The notes under the pieces were generated by a model. That model was not told where the DNA came from and ran no database searches. It saw nothing but the letters and a program-made list of their open reading frames with translations. From Geosiphon pyriformis uo1 (taxonomy: Eukaryota; Fungi; Glomeromycota), in assembly GCA_016748015.1 (NCBI GenBank), contig JAAOMT010000128.1:255538-319537 (forward strand): DNA of 64,000 bases, in the 5' to 3' direction. Both the position numbers and the translations under genes were made by a program. Below, in pieces: positions 1-11,853 of the stretch (position 1 is its first letter; each line of letters starts with the position of its first letter).

Positions 1-1465
1 TAATAATTATTAAAAAATTTAAATATAAATATTAATTTGCAATATTTTTTTAAGAATATTTGGTAAATATTACATTAACAAAATTAGACCAAATTCTAAC
101 AGTAATATAAAAAAAGTAAATTAGAAATTATAATTAACAAAAAAAAAACCTGTAAAAAAAATAGAAAATTAAATATTCTATAAAAAAAAACAATTTATAA
201 GTAAAAAAAACAATTAACTAAAAAAAATCTTTGATAATAAAGTTTACAAATTTTTTTTTAAACTTTTTAAGTTAGAATCATTAGTAAAAAAAATTTTAAG
301 ATTTTTTAAATTAAGTAATTTTAACAATTTAATTATATTATTGTATATTTAATATAGTTTAAATTTTATATTAATTATTATATAAAATATGTTGTTAAAA
401 ATCTTAATTTAAATATAGTTTTGCAATAATTGGTTGTTTTTAAAAAACAATACAAATTATTTAAAATACAGAAAATTAAAACTACAAAAAAAATCAAAAT
501 TCAAATTATTACTAATAAGTATATAAAATTTATTGTAAAAATTATATAATTAAAAATTTTTAAAATAATTATTAAAAACATTGTTCTAAATTATGTAATT
601 TTTAATAAAAAATTAGTATTAAAATTTGATTTGGTTAAATTTAAAGCAAATATTATTATAAAAAATTAAATAAAACAATATATAATAACAAATAATATTT
701 TTTTAGTTTAAAAAATTTAATATATTTTATTAATTTATATTAAAAATAATTGTTTTTTGAATTATAAATATATTTTTAAAATAGATTGATTAAAATAGTT
801 AAAAACTTTTAAGTAATAAAACTAGTAAATTGTTAAATATTTTTAATAAATTATAAAAATACTATAATAATTCTGATTTAATTTTTTATTAAATTTGCTA
901 AATATTTATTTAAATAAAAAAATTGTTCTTAATAAGTAAAAATGTGTTTAAATTTTAATAAATTTTAAGCTTTATAGATAAAAAAATGGTTTAATTAATA
1001 TATAATTTATTGTTTTAATTAAAACAGCCAAAAATATTTGATAATATAAATAATATTTTACATAAAACCAATTTTTTAGTATTAAAGAGTATATTAATAT
1101 AAATACTTATTTTTATTGTTAAGTTAATTGTTAAAATTCTTAAAAAACAATTAAAAAGTATGATTAATATTTTATTTATTAATAAAATTAATAAACAATA
1201 ATAAAATTCAAATTTTATTATGTATTTTACAGTTAAAGTTTTTGTCAATAATACAATTTAAATTAACAATAATTATGTAGTTATGTAAAAATTTTAGTTA
1301 ATTTTAAGATTAAATTTATAAATTTAATTATTTGTAATTAATTTGTTAATACAATTAAACTAAATAAATTGTATAAATATTTGAAAATCATGCTTTTTAT
1401 AAAAAATTTAAGTATTTTTAATTTGAAAATACAAATTTAAATATTAATTTTTTTAACAATATAGT
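1..1465 (-). mobile_element. Extremely decayed, AT-shifted LINE relic
   Basis: Almost no G/C. Short blocks still align to the better-preserved LINE after C>T/G>A, e.g. ACAGCCAAAAATATTTGATAATA (~1024) vs CCAGCCCAGAAAACATTTGGCAAAA (~6267). Confidence 0.4.
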
Positions 1466-3720
1466 TTTTTATTATTATTAAGATTTAATGAGTATGGTCC
1501 AACTATTATTTAGAAATTAAAAACAAATTAAGTATTCTAATACTAAATATAGTTTATATACTTCTATATATAACTAGTTATTTAAATCAGTTTAGATTAT
1601 ACTATATTGATATTCTAAAAAAAAACTTACACAAAAAAACATTTTTTAAACAATTTTAAACAATATAGCATTATTATTAACCAATTCAATTAAGCATTCA
1701 GCCATTTTTAAGACATTAGTTTTCATAATAACAGGTTCATGTTCTCAAAGCAATATTAAATTAGAAAACATATTATTATTAACAGTAAACAAACTTACAT
1801 GGAAGCCAAACATATTAATGTCTTTATAGCTATACTCAGTTTTCAAAACAATTATCTTCTGCTTTAGCTTACTAATAATTTTGCTAAAGATACTTATATA
1901 TACCAAAATTTTATTAACTCTAAGACCAAAAACACTACTTAAAACCAAATTTTTATTAATAAATTATTCAAACAAAGTGACCATAAAATCAACTGGCTTA
2001 ACAATAAACTTAATCAGAACAGAGAATTTGGCCAAATCAGATTTCAAAAAAGCTAATTGAAAAAAAACTACAAAATTATTAGCCATTATATTAGCAAAAA
2101 AAACTAAATTAACCAAAAGACAAGAAGCCAAAAAAGGCACAAAAGCAATAGTTCAAACATAAGATTTACTGCCAATAACATAAAAAATAAAAGTCTTGAA
2201 AATTTTAAAAGAAAGAGATAGAAATATTTTACAATTCAAAGCCAAATAATTTAAATTCTAGCATTAAAAACAGTGCCAATTTTCAGAAGTTTTTTATTAG
2301 ATATGGCATTTTTTTTAGTGTACTAATTTTAATAATTGCAGTATTCAAATTAATTTAAGACTTAAACATAACCAAAGCAAACTAAAAACAATGACCAGAA
2401 TTAAAAAAACAAGAAATAAAACATGTTTAATCATCAATTTAAGAAATAATATTATTGATTTTAAAGACAATACAACCAGAAAAAAAGTTAACCAACTTGG
2501 TCTTAAACTTATTATAAAACAGAATAGTTTCATTTTAATTCATCAAAAAAAGGGTCCTAATACTATTTTTACTCATCAAAACTAACCAATAATTTAAAAC
2601 AGATACAGCAGAGTTCAATTTATTAAAATAAACAATCATATATTGCCAAACACTAGCAGACTTTAGTATTATATAAACAATTTTATTAAACACATTAAAA
2701 GCTGTCTTAATATTAACAACAGACACATCTAAAGATATATTATATAATACAACAGCAGCAAAAAAAAAATTAGTTTTAGAAATTACCAAAGACTTAGCAA
2801 TTTTAAAAATGACCAAATAAACAAAGCTCATAAATTCAACTAGAAAAACAGCTTTCAAAGATTCTTAAAAAGCAAACTTTATACAGGAGAGCTTTATATT
2901 GTTTTTTAATACTAACTTTACATTTAAAAAATTATATACAAACTAGAAAACAGTCTTAATATAAACCAATTTGATCTTAAAAGTAGCATTAAGCATTAAA
3001 ATAAAAACTACCCAGTCAGCAAATTTTTGACAACTAAAAATAGTTTTATAAGTATTACTTGTAACAATATTTAAAACCAGAAAAGAAATTAAATTAGTTT
3101 TTATCTGATTAGCTTAGTTCTTAAAAACAAATAATTCAATAGAAGACTGTTGTTTTGCTTTTAAAACTGGCAATAATTTGTTAAAAGACACCACATTTAA
3201 CAATACAACCAATAGTTGATCTTAATTTATCTTAAATAATATGCTAGATGATGTAATAGAAATTTTATTTAAGATCTTATTTAAAACTACAAAAAAGTTT
3301 AATGTAATAATAGCAAAAACAAATAACTGTTTTTACTTTTTGGAATTTTTGGCTATTTTTAAAGAAGTAATATTAGTGGTATTAAATATAGCAGCAATAG
3401 TTGAGAAAATTAACTTGTTAACTGGTCGACTATTAAAAATTTTTAAGTTCTTAATGAGAATAAAAACAATGCTAAAACTAACTTAAATATGTCTTTTTAA
3501 AAGAATTTTAATTAGTAAACAGCCAGTTAAAAATAGAAAAGATGTTACAATAACTATTAAAGACAGCTTTTTATTATTATTAACTAAGAGAAAAGCTTCT
3601 AAGACATTTTGCTTAGTAGTTTTTACAACAAAAAAAACTTTTTTGGTTAAAATTTTGTAAAATACCAAAAAAAAGTACTAGTTGCAATCTTTTTACTTTT
3701 TGTTCTGATTGTAATCATAA
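1466..3720 (-). mobile_element. Degenerate ORF1-only non-autonomous non-LTR element (HAL1/half-LINE-like)
   Basis: 1485-1600 aligns to the 3' tail of the LINE at 4533-4650. ORF 2535-2858 (AVVLYNISLDVSVVNIKTAFNVF...WQYMIVYF...WLVLMSKNSIR) aligns to LINE ORF1 RRM-like segment 10290-10607. No endonuclease/RT sequence is recognisable between the ORF1-like part and the tail. Confidence 0.55.
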
Positions 3721-4249
3721 AATTAAAGAGACAAAGAGTATATAATTTTGTAAAAAAAAATTTTAAATAAATAATTAATATATTTAATTATAATATATTT
3801 AATTTTAATTATTTAATTTTATATATAGTTTAATTTTATATATATTAATAAAATAAAATAAATTAATTTACAAATATTTTAAATTAAAACTCAATTTGTT
3901 TAAAGATTTTTTAATTAAAATTATTTATTATTTTATGTTGTATAATATTTAAAATAAAATAACAATAATAATAAAATTTATAAATAATTTTAATTTATTT
4001 AAAAGGCTAATTATATATAAGTTTATAAATTTGTATATTTAAAATAAAAAATTATTAATTTATTTACAAAATTTGTAAAAATTATCACAAATTTTGTTAA
4101 TTATTTCTTAATAGAAATAATAAATTTATTTAAAAATATTAGACTTATTATAATAAATATTAATATATGTTTTTTTAGTTATAATATAAATATGTTTGAT
4201 TTTATTTGTATTATGTAAATTTAATTTTTGCAAATCAATTAATTATCTT

Positions 4250-4315
4250 AAAAAAATTGGAACTGTATTTAGTGGCATTGGAGCATTCGAACAAGCCCTT
4301 AATAAATTAAATATT
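4250..4315 (+). other. Isolated fragment encoding a C5-cytosine DNA methyltransferase motif I-like peptide (KKIGTVFSGIGAFEQALNKLNI)
   Basis: Translation from 4250 gives the F-x-G-x-G SAM-binding signature in its typical N-terminal context. There is no nearby start codon and no recognisable downstream motifs. Confidence 0.5.
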
Positions 4316-4648
4316 ATTTTTATAAATTAATTATTAAATAAAAAACAACAGCATAATTAACTAAATAAATTTTTTTAAAAGATAATTAAAACTTAAAAAC
4401 TTAATATTTGAATAATTTAAATTTATGTTAACTTTTTATTAAACTTAAGTATTAATTTAATTTAATAAATATAATTGTAAAATTTATTTTTGCAAATATT
4501 GTTAATATTAATGATTTTTTTTTATTAAGCATTTTAATGAGTGTAGCCCAACCACTACCTAAATTATAACAATATACAAAATTCTATATTAAGCATAGCT
4601 TATGTGCTTTCTATACATAACTAGTTACTTGGACCAATTAAGGCAATA

Positions 4649-7600
4649 CTAAACACCTAAACCACCAATTACTGAGAAGTCACCTAAAAAACTAAAGTAT
4701 GCATTGGACAGATGAAAATGTAAACCATAACATACGTGAATACCTAATTTGATACCAAAATTAAAGATTATATTGAGAGACCACAAGGAAGCCAGACCAA
4801 ATACCACTAGTATTATAGACCCATCATGTGGCAAAAAGCCACGCTTTTCATAAAGCACTCTTAATTTGGCAGTTGGCAGCCATATAGTGGATCTATGACT
4901 CTTAGCAAAGCTTTGGACTAAACTAATTACTAAAGACTTATCATTAGAGCCACCACCCAGCAAACAAACCATATCATCTATCCAATCTTTTAAAACAAAG
5001 TCCTTGGCTAAGGACATATATAAATGATCTGACAACTCAGCCTTTTGTAGAGATTAAATCACCACACTGTTAGCAGCAAGAACACCAAGTAAACTAATCT
5101 AACAATTAATAGTCCTTAAAATCAACTCACTTTTAGCACCAGCATCATAAATATAAGAAAATGTGTGATTGGAATCTTTAACCAACTCACACCAAATACA
5201 TAGTATGCTCAGATAATCTGAATCATAAAGCCTCTTTCTCTTGGCTACAGAAAGACAGTTGTGTATGGCTTTCATGAAGTAGAATCAAAGACACACAAAA
5301 GAGTAGCTGGTAAAGTCTGATTGAAACTGACCATCAGGATGTTATACACTAAATATACATTGCATATCAATTTCATTCCATAGTGTACTTTCTACAGCAT
5401 AAGTCACACATTTGGCTTTCCAATTGACAAAGCTTATGGCATTAAAAAAACACTTAACAAAATAATGGGCATTCTCAAAGACAGACTTTCCTTCAATAGA
5501 CAAAAAATGGCAAGACATTCCAACAGGTAGCATGATGTCAAAACCAGTGGCAGCATTGGCCAATAAATTAGTATACTCATTGCCATTAATCCCAAAGTGG
5601 CCTTTGACTTTGTTCCAAGCTACTGACAAGTTCTTTGATATGATGGTCTGTTGGATTTACTCCCTTTTAATCCAATATTTATCATGAAAATTGGGACCAG
5701 TAAAATTTTTATAAGAAATACAAGCATCCAAAGATGCCTGACTGTCTGTGAAAAGAGTAACCAAATTGAAAACAGGAACACATTCCAAAGCAAAGACAAT
5801 GGCGTGTAGTTTAGTTAAGGTTAATGAAAACAAACCACTCATCTCAACTCCTATACCATTATTAATATCAGAAAAATAAGCAGCAGCACCACTGCAAGCA
5901 CCTATAGAACCCAAACCTTTAACTGAGCTATCAGTATAAACCACCACATTACCTGAAGTGTTCTTAAGAAGATGTTTACTGATAGAACTTAGACTAACTC
6001 AGCAACCACCAGGAGCTGGATTAGAAACTATGACATGACCACTGACCAAACCACTATTCCCAATGAATATTATTAACACACTAAACCAATTAGGAGCCAG
6101 ATCTTTTGGACCCAGCCTTTTTTACCTGCAAAAATTACTCCATGTGAAACATATGCTGTAACAGTCCAAAAGCTGGTTTGTAAAAATGACACCAAACTTC
6201 TTTAGTAAGCCAACCACACTCATATACTGATCCAAACCCAAAACATCAGCAACAGGTATACTACTACCAGCCCAGAAAACATTTGGCAAAACATTGTCCA
6301 AGGAAAGCTTACATAATATCAGAGTGTTGGTCATGTTAGCTAAAAAGGAATTCACAGGATCCAATGACAACATAACCAGAAAACTAAGGGGTTGCTGGGG
6401 CATCCAACTGACAGTCTGCAGATTTATCACCCTGTGTTCGAATAATCTACTAAAAATGCCTTTTGAATTAGCATACAAGACCAAATTAGCTAAAGAGTTT
6501 TCAGCTTGCAACTGCTTAAAGATCTTAAAACTATATAACTTAGGATATGAAATGGCTTTATTGAGGAAATCTCTGGACAAGTTGGTCTTGAGCTTCAGAT
6601 TCTTTCTTAGCAGCCTATCTTATTTCTCACAAACATTTACAGAAGCATGACTAAACTGCAATCTATATCCAATGATAGTTGTAAAACAGCAGACACCAAA
6701 TAGAGAAACTGTTTATTAGAGACTGATTTCCTTAGGACCAAGTTTACAAAAAATTTCACATCTGACTGGGCCTTGATGAGGCTGGGCTTTGAGAAATCAT
6801 CAATAGATAAAAAAATTCTTAAGTATTTATAAGTCTTGTTTTTCTTAGCAATTGAAATATCTGAACCACTAATTGTTAAATAAAGAGTCTCAACTTTGCA
6901 ATTAATAGATATAGCTACCATCTTCTTAATATTAATTGAAATATTATTGAGATAGAAAAATTTGCTAGCTATGTTCAAGATATGCTGGGTAGTAGCCATG
7001 CTATTTCCAATCCAAATAGTATCATTTACAAATGTCTCTGCAGCCAAATATAACATCAAACCATCCTTGTGATCCTGCTTGCCAGTTCATGTAAAAAATT
7101 TTAAGTCTAGCTGATATCCAAACAAACTTTCATGTCTCTTAACCTCATATAGCAAAGAATCATAAAAAATTCTTCATAACAAAGGTGAAAATACCTTACC
7201 TTAATCCAGACTATCATGAACAATATATCTATCAGTGAGTCCAAAATCTCTTATTATCTGATTAACACAGTTATTATGTATGCTTCCAAAAAACTTGATG
7301 AAATGAGAACACATTTTAATTCTGACCAAGCTGTCTCTTAAGTGAGACCACCCAACTGAGTCATAGGCTTTACACATATCCTAAAGAACAAGCCACAGTT
7401 TGTGATTCTTCTCTAATGCATTTTCAATAACAAAACCTACAGCAAAAATTGGGATTTGAGTAGAAGTGCCCTTCAAAACTGAAAAATTATCTTCACACAA
7501 CACATTATAATTGCTACAAGCCAAGAAAATCTTATTAGACAGAATTTTGGACAAAATCTTTCTAGCTGTTTCAACCAATGTTATTGGTTTTGTATTAGTG

Positions 7601-9336
7601 AGAGCTCTCTTCCAATCATAAGACTTTGGTATTATAGAAATCCAGGCCTTTTTCCATTGCTTAGGAACTGTACCAGACCTTAAACACTCATTCAAAATAT
7701 TCAGCAAGCCACTAAGAATCTGTTGGTCACCATGTTTCCAAAGCTCATTAAGAATACCAGAAAGACCAACAGCCTTCTCATTAGGCAGAGACTTGACTAC
7801 CTGCAAAAACTCATCAAACCCAATATTACACATAATGCCTGAAAAGGCCATATCATCAACATAATCAAAAGGAGCATATTGGTTGAGCTAGCAAACAGGA
7901 GTGAAACTAGACACTAAACACTTTCTCATCTATCCTTCCATAATATTATCAACTATTAATTTAACTATCTGAGATTCCAAAACAAGTTCATTATTTACTA
8001 CCAAATGATCAAATATCACTTTTCGAACAGAGTGATTTAGGACACTTCTAATTATTCTACCTTTATTAGAACAAAAATTTTTCATATATTTGTCAATAGT
8101 TTTTCTGATGGAATTATCTCTAGCAGTCTTGGATTCATAGTATTTGGACTTGTAATAACTTTTCTTAACACCTGACAGATGATGTAAGACAACACCAAAA
8201 CAAACACTACTCTTAATCAGATCATGAACTTTGACAGCTTCTCCTTCATCAATGGCAGCCCATGTGTTAATAAGACGAGCAGCCTTCAAAACTTGATTAG
8301 AGTTTATGCTTTTTACTAGCTTTACCACCAACAATTCAAGTCTAATGAACTTTAACAACAGTTTATCCACTGAGACATTGAATCCAAAAAACCACAACTT
8401 AGAAAAAATCTTATCAGCAGAAACCACTACCATCTCCTTTAGAATTTCCCATATTGAGTCCAAATTCTCATAACACTTAGCACTATTGAAAATATCTATT
8501 TTTTCTAAAAACATGTCCAAAGAACAGCTTCTAAATTGCAACCAATTCTTATTATTAGTATCCTTGATTTGGAATTTCCATCTATTTTTGTTTGCTTGTT
8601 TGCATATACTGTTAAGACATACATTTAGAAAACCACCCAAACCAACTGCTATTGATACTGCTTTGTAATCAGTATCAAAAAATTTAGAAACTGGCTCCAC
8701 TTTATGGCCAACAACAGCAGATGCCAGACCATAAGTAACAAAAATGAAGTCAATAATCTTTTCCACATCCTTAGAATTGCTCCAAGTACATAACTTAGCT
8801 AATGAATGTCCATGAAAAGAGTTAACCAATCCCAGATCCATGCAAAACTTGAAACTTGCACTCCTTTTAGTACCATCTTTATTGAAATCTTCACCCACCA
8901 CCACAAAAGTGCTGGAATTGACAGCTTTGACAATAAAAAAATTAATTTCAAATGCTTGACCATATCTTGTCTCAGCAGATGCACCAGCATATAATCCCAA
9001 AATTGTAACAGATAACTTCCTCTTAAACAAAAGCCTAATAGAAATAATCTATTCAGAAACTTTCTTAATTTTAAAAACATAATGGGCCAAAGAATTGTTC
9101 ATAATAATGGCCATCCCAGCACCAAGAAAACTTTTGTCCAAACCAAAAGAAAAAATTCACACTCCTTCAAATTTGTTTATAATCTAAAATCTAATGCTAG
9201 GCTTTAACTTCATTTCTGTGACAATTGAAATCATGTTACCTGAATTCACATGCCAACACACAACATCATTTTGCTTAGCTGAAACATTAATGCTGCGAAC
9301 ATTGCACATAGCAATTTTCCAAACCAGATCATTCAT
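4649..9336 (-). pseudogene. LINE ORF2 (endonuclease-RT-RNase H), interrupted by stops
   Basis: Starts MNDLVWKIAMCNVR at ATG 9336, overlapping the ORF1 stop. Domain motifs as above. Many stops are TGA/TAG/TAA derived from TGG/CGA/CAA. Confidence 0.85.
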
Positions 9337-11191
9337 TGGGACAAAAAAGACATCAGAAAACTTGAGCCAGCATACAACTGATCTAACTTCACCAAAACTG
9401 AGTTTACAGAGGCCTCAAAAGCCACAAATTTTGACTCCAAACTGCCCATCTTGGTTGTCAGAACTTTTGAACTATTAGAACCCAAAGCTGAGACATCAAA
9501 AACAGCATGAAAGGGAGATAAAAAAATTAATTCAGAACCATCCAAAACTATGTCTTGGCCCAAATCTAAACTGACAGTTATTGGAACAGCTGAGATGCTA
9601 GGATAAGAAAGGGAAGCCAGGGGCACCAATTTCATGCCACTTAATTTTCACACAATGCCAAAAACTTGATCCATTAAGAGCTTCAAAGAATGTTTCAAAG
9701 AGGTCAACCAATCATTCAAAGCTGAATTATTAGCCAAAACAAAAGGGGAATTATCACCTGAACCAGAGATGTCAGTGGGGAGAAGAGAACCAAAACCAGA
9801 ACCAGAACCAAGAGAAGAGCCACCTAAGGCCAACTCAAGTGAAACTATCTGAGCCCAAGACTTGCCACCAAAGGCAGCAGGATGGAAAATTGGAACACAC
9901 TTTTTAGCATACAATCTAGCAAGCTGAAGATGGGTTTTTTTCAAGACAACTCTTTTATAAAATTTTTGGGAAGATGAGACTAATACATCTGAGGAATTAC
10001 ATTTAAGAGCAGAATGCTCACAATGGCCACATCTTTCACAATAAACCAAATCTATCCTAGCTCATAAAAGTCTAACACCACCAAAAATTGGCTCTATGTA
10101 AAATGCAAATTCTAGGTCCTCATCTGAATTGAAACCAACCACAGTGCAGCAAATCTGGTTGCCAGTAACAAGAGAGTAATTAATAACACATGTTTTCCCA
10201 CTAGCCTTTTCCAACAAAATCCCTAAATCATAAGCTGTTGTTTCCACAGGCAAAGTAAACAAAAGCACCTTAAAGTGATTCCTAGATATTCAAGTATTCC
10301 AATCTCTTATGGCCATAGCCATACACACTGAGTTCTTTCCAATGAGAAATAACCATCTTGATGCAAGTTGCCTTGTCTGCTCCAATTTGGCAAATTCTAT
10401 CACAGTCTTTTGCCACATCCCAATCAGCTGAATTTTGATCAACTTAATATTACCAAACTTAGATACTGCAGCAACAATCATCTCCTTTGGCATATTCATA
10501 GAAATTTTTTTGATTATTACAGCCCAATCTGAACAAATTTTTTGTTTCTTGAGATTACTGTTTACAATGATCTCCTTTTTTCTGGCCAATAATATAGCCT
10601 TAATCAAGCTCTTCTCAGAAGTAAATGTTGATCAGATGATTTCTTCAAATTTTGAAGAAGTAATGGCCCTTCCAAAACCATTGATTGTTGAAAAAAAATT
10701 TCTGATGAGTTGGGTTTTTGCCATCACCAATTTCTCTTCCACAGCTGAAAGATTAATGTCCAAAGTAAATGATTTCCTAACTGAGACCTCTACCTGAATC
10801 TTAACAATTTTGGGATCTACCACTTTTTATCCAGAGAAATTGAAAGACAAAGAGAAAGAGACACTTCATTATCATCATTTATGTCAAAGTTGAGAGAACC
10901 AAGTGGAGAACTAAAAGCAGCATTAGTATTAACACACTTTGCTTTAGGAGTGTTGGCAACCAAATCCAAAAGAGATCCAACATTAATGTTAGCTATATTA
11001 GTATCTTTTTCATTATTAGACAGACTATTTATATCAGAAAACACATTGTCACCAAGCTCAGACTTGTTCAGAGAGATATCTTTTTTGTGACCAGAGTGTT
11101 TAACATTCCCAAGTACAACTTTCTTTTTCTGTGAAAAGAAGCCACCTGCAAAACCATGAAAAGTGTCCTTTGGTGTCTTCTTTTTAGACAT
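9333..11191 (-). pseudogene. LINE ORF1 (RRM-like region + CCHC knuckle), interrupted by stops
   Basis: Fragments 10817-11191, 10632-10823, 10290-10607, 10062-10268, 9648-10049 (CERCGHCEHSALKC) and 9333-9635; homologous fragments recur at 34960-36428. Confidence 0.8.
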
Positions 11192-11802
11192 GTTGCTACT
11201 AAAAACAGCCTCTAAGTTTACAAAAAAGAGATTATTAGAAAGAGAAATTGTGAAATACTAACAAGAAAACAATAAAAAAAACTTCTTCTTCAGAAAAGCA
11301 CTTTTTGAGAATTTGTGGATTTAAGAGAGAAAAAAGTTTTTTTTAATATTAATGACTAATTAATTTTTTGTAATTTTAATGTTTAAATATTTTTATTAAT
11401 AACTTTATAAGAAATTTTGGTTTTTTTTGTAATTAATATCATAATTATATTTTTTAAAAACATAGACTATAATATAAAAGTTGAAATTTTTAATACAGTA
11501 TTGTTTATTTTAGCTAAATTTACTGTTGTAATTTGGTTTTAAAATGTGTTTTAATATAATAAAAGTATGATGTTTTTACAAATAAATTGGTTGTTATTTA
11601 TACACATAATTTTAATAAACAATTAATAATATTTAATTTAAAAATAAAAAAAAATAAAAAAAATACATAATTAATAATATTATTTAAAATAAAAAGTTTT
11701 AAGTAAAATAAATTAAAATTTTAGTGTTCTAAATAATAAATTTGTAAATTATTTAGTTAATAAAACTTGTTTTTTAGATTATATTTTATTTATTAAAATT
11801 TT

Positions 11803-11833
<31 letters not shown>

Positions 11834-11853
11834 NNNNNNNNNNNNNNNNNNNN
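11834..11853. other. Assembly gap (20 N) inside a poly-T run (LINE poly-A tail)
   Basis: N run flanked by T homopolymers 11808-11833 and 11854-11878. Confidence 0.95.

Larger units (their letters stand above)
4514..11335 (-). mobile_element. Full-length (~6.8 kb) inactivated LINE with ORF1 + ORF2 (APE, RT, RNase H, C-terminal Cys/His finger)
   Basis: Ordered minus-strand ORF fragments: ORF1 9333-11191, endonuclease (GEDFN, IIDFIF) 7930-9030, RT (NTKPITLVET, FVNDTIW) 6637-7851, RNase H (VVYTDSS...KVKGHFGINGNE) 5342-5947. A short A-tail appears as a T-run at ~4514. Confidence 0.9.

Noticed and set aside
1015-1248. Short I/L/K/N/F-rich ORFs in AT-rich DNA, and antisense ORFs over TEs and genes
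   Set aside because: Compositional artefacts or shadow frames of TE and gene coding strands; no motifs.
4316-4500. Downstream remnants of the putative C5-MTase (motifs II-IV)
   Set aside because: Any resemblance needs several transversions and indels in low-complexity DNA; not supportable.
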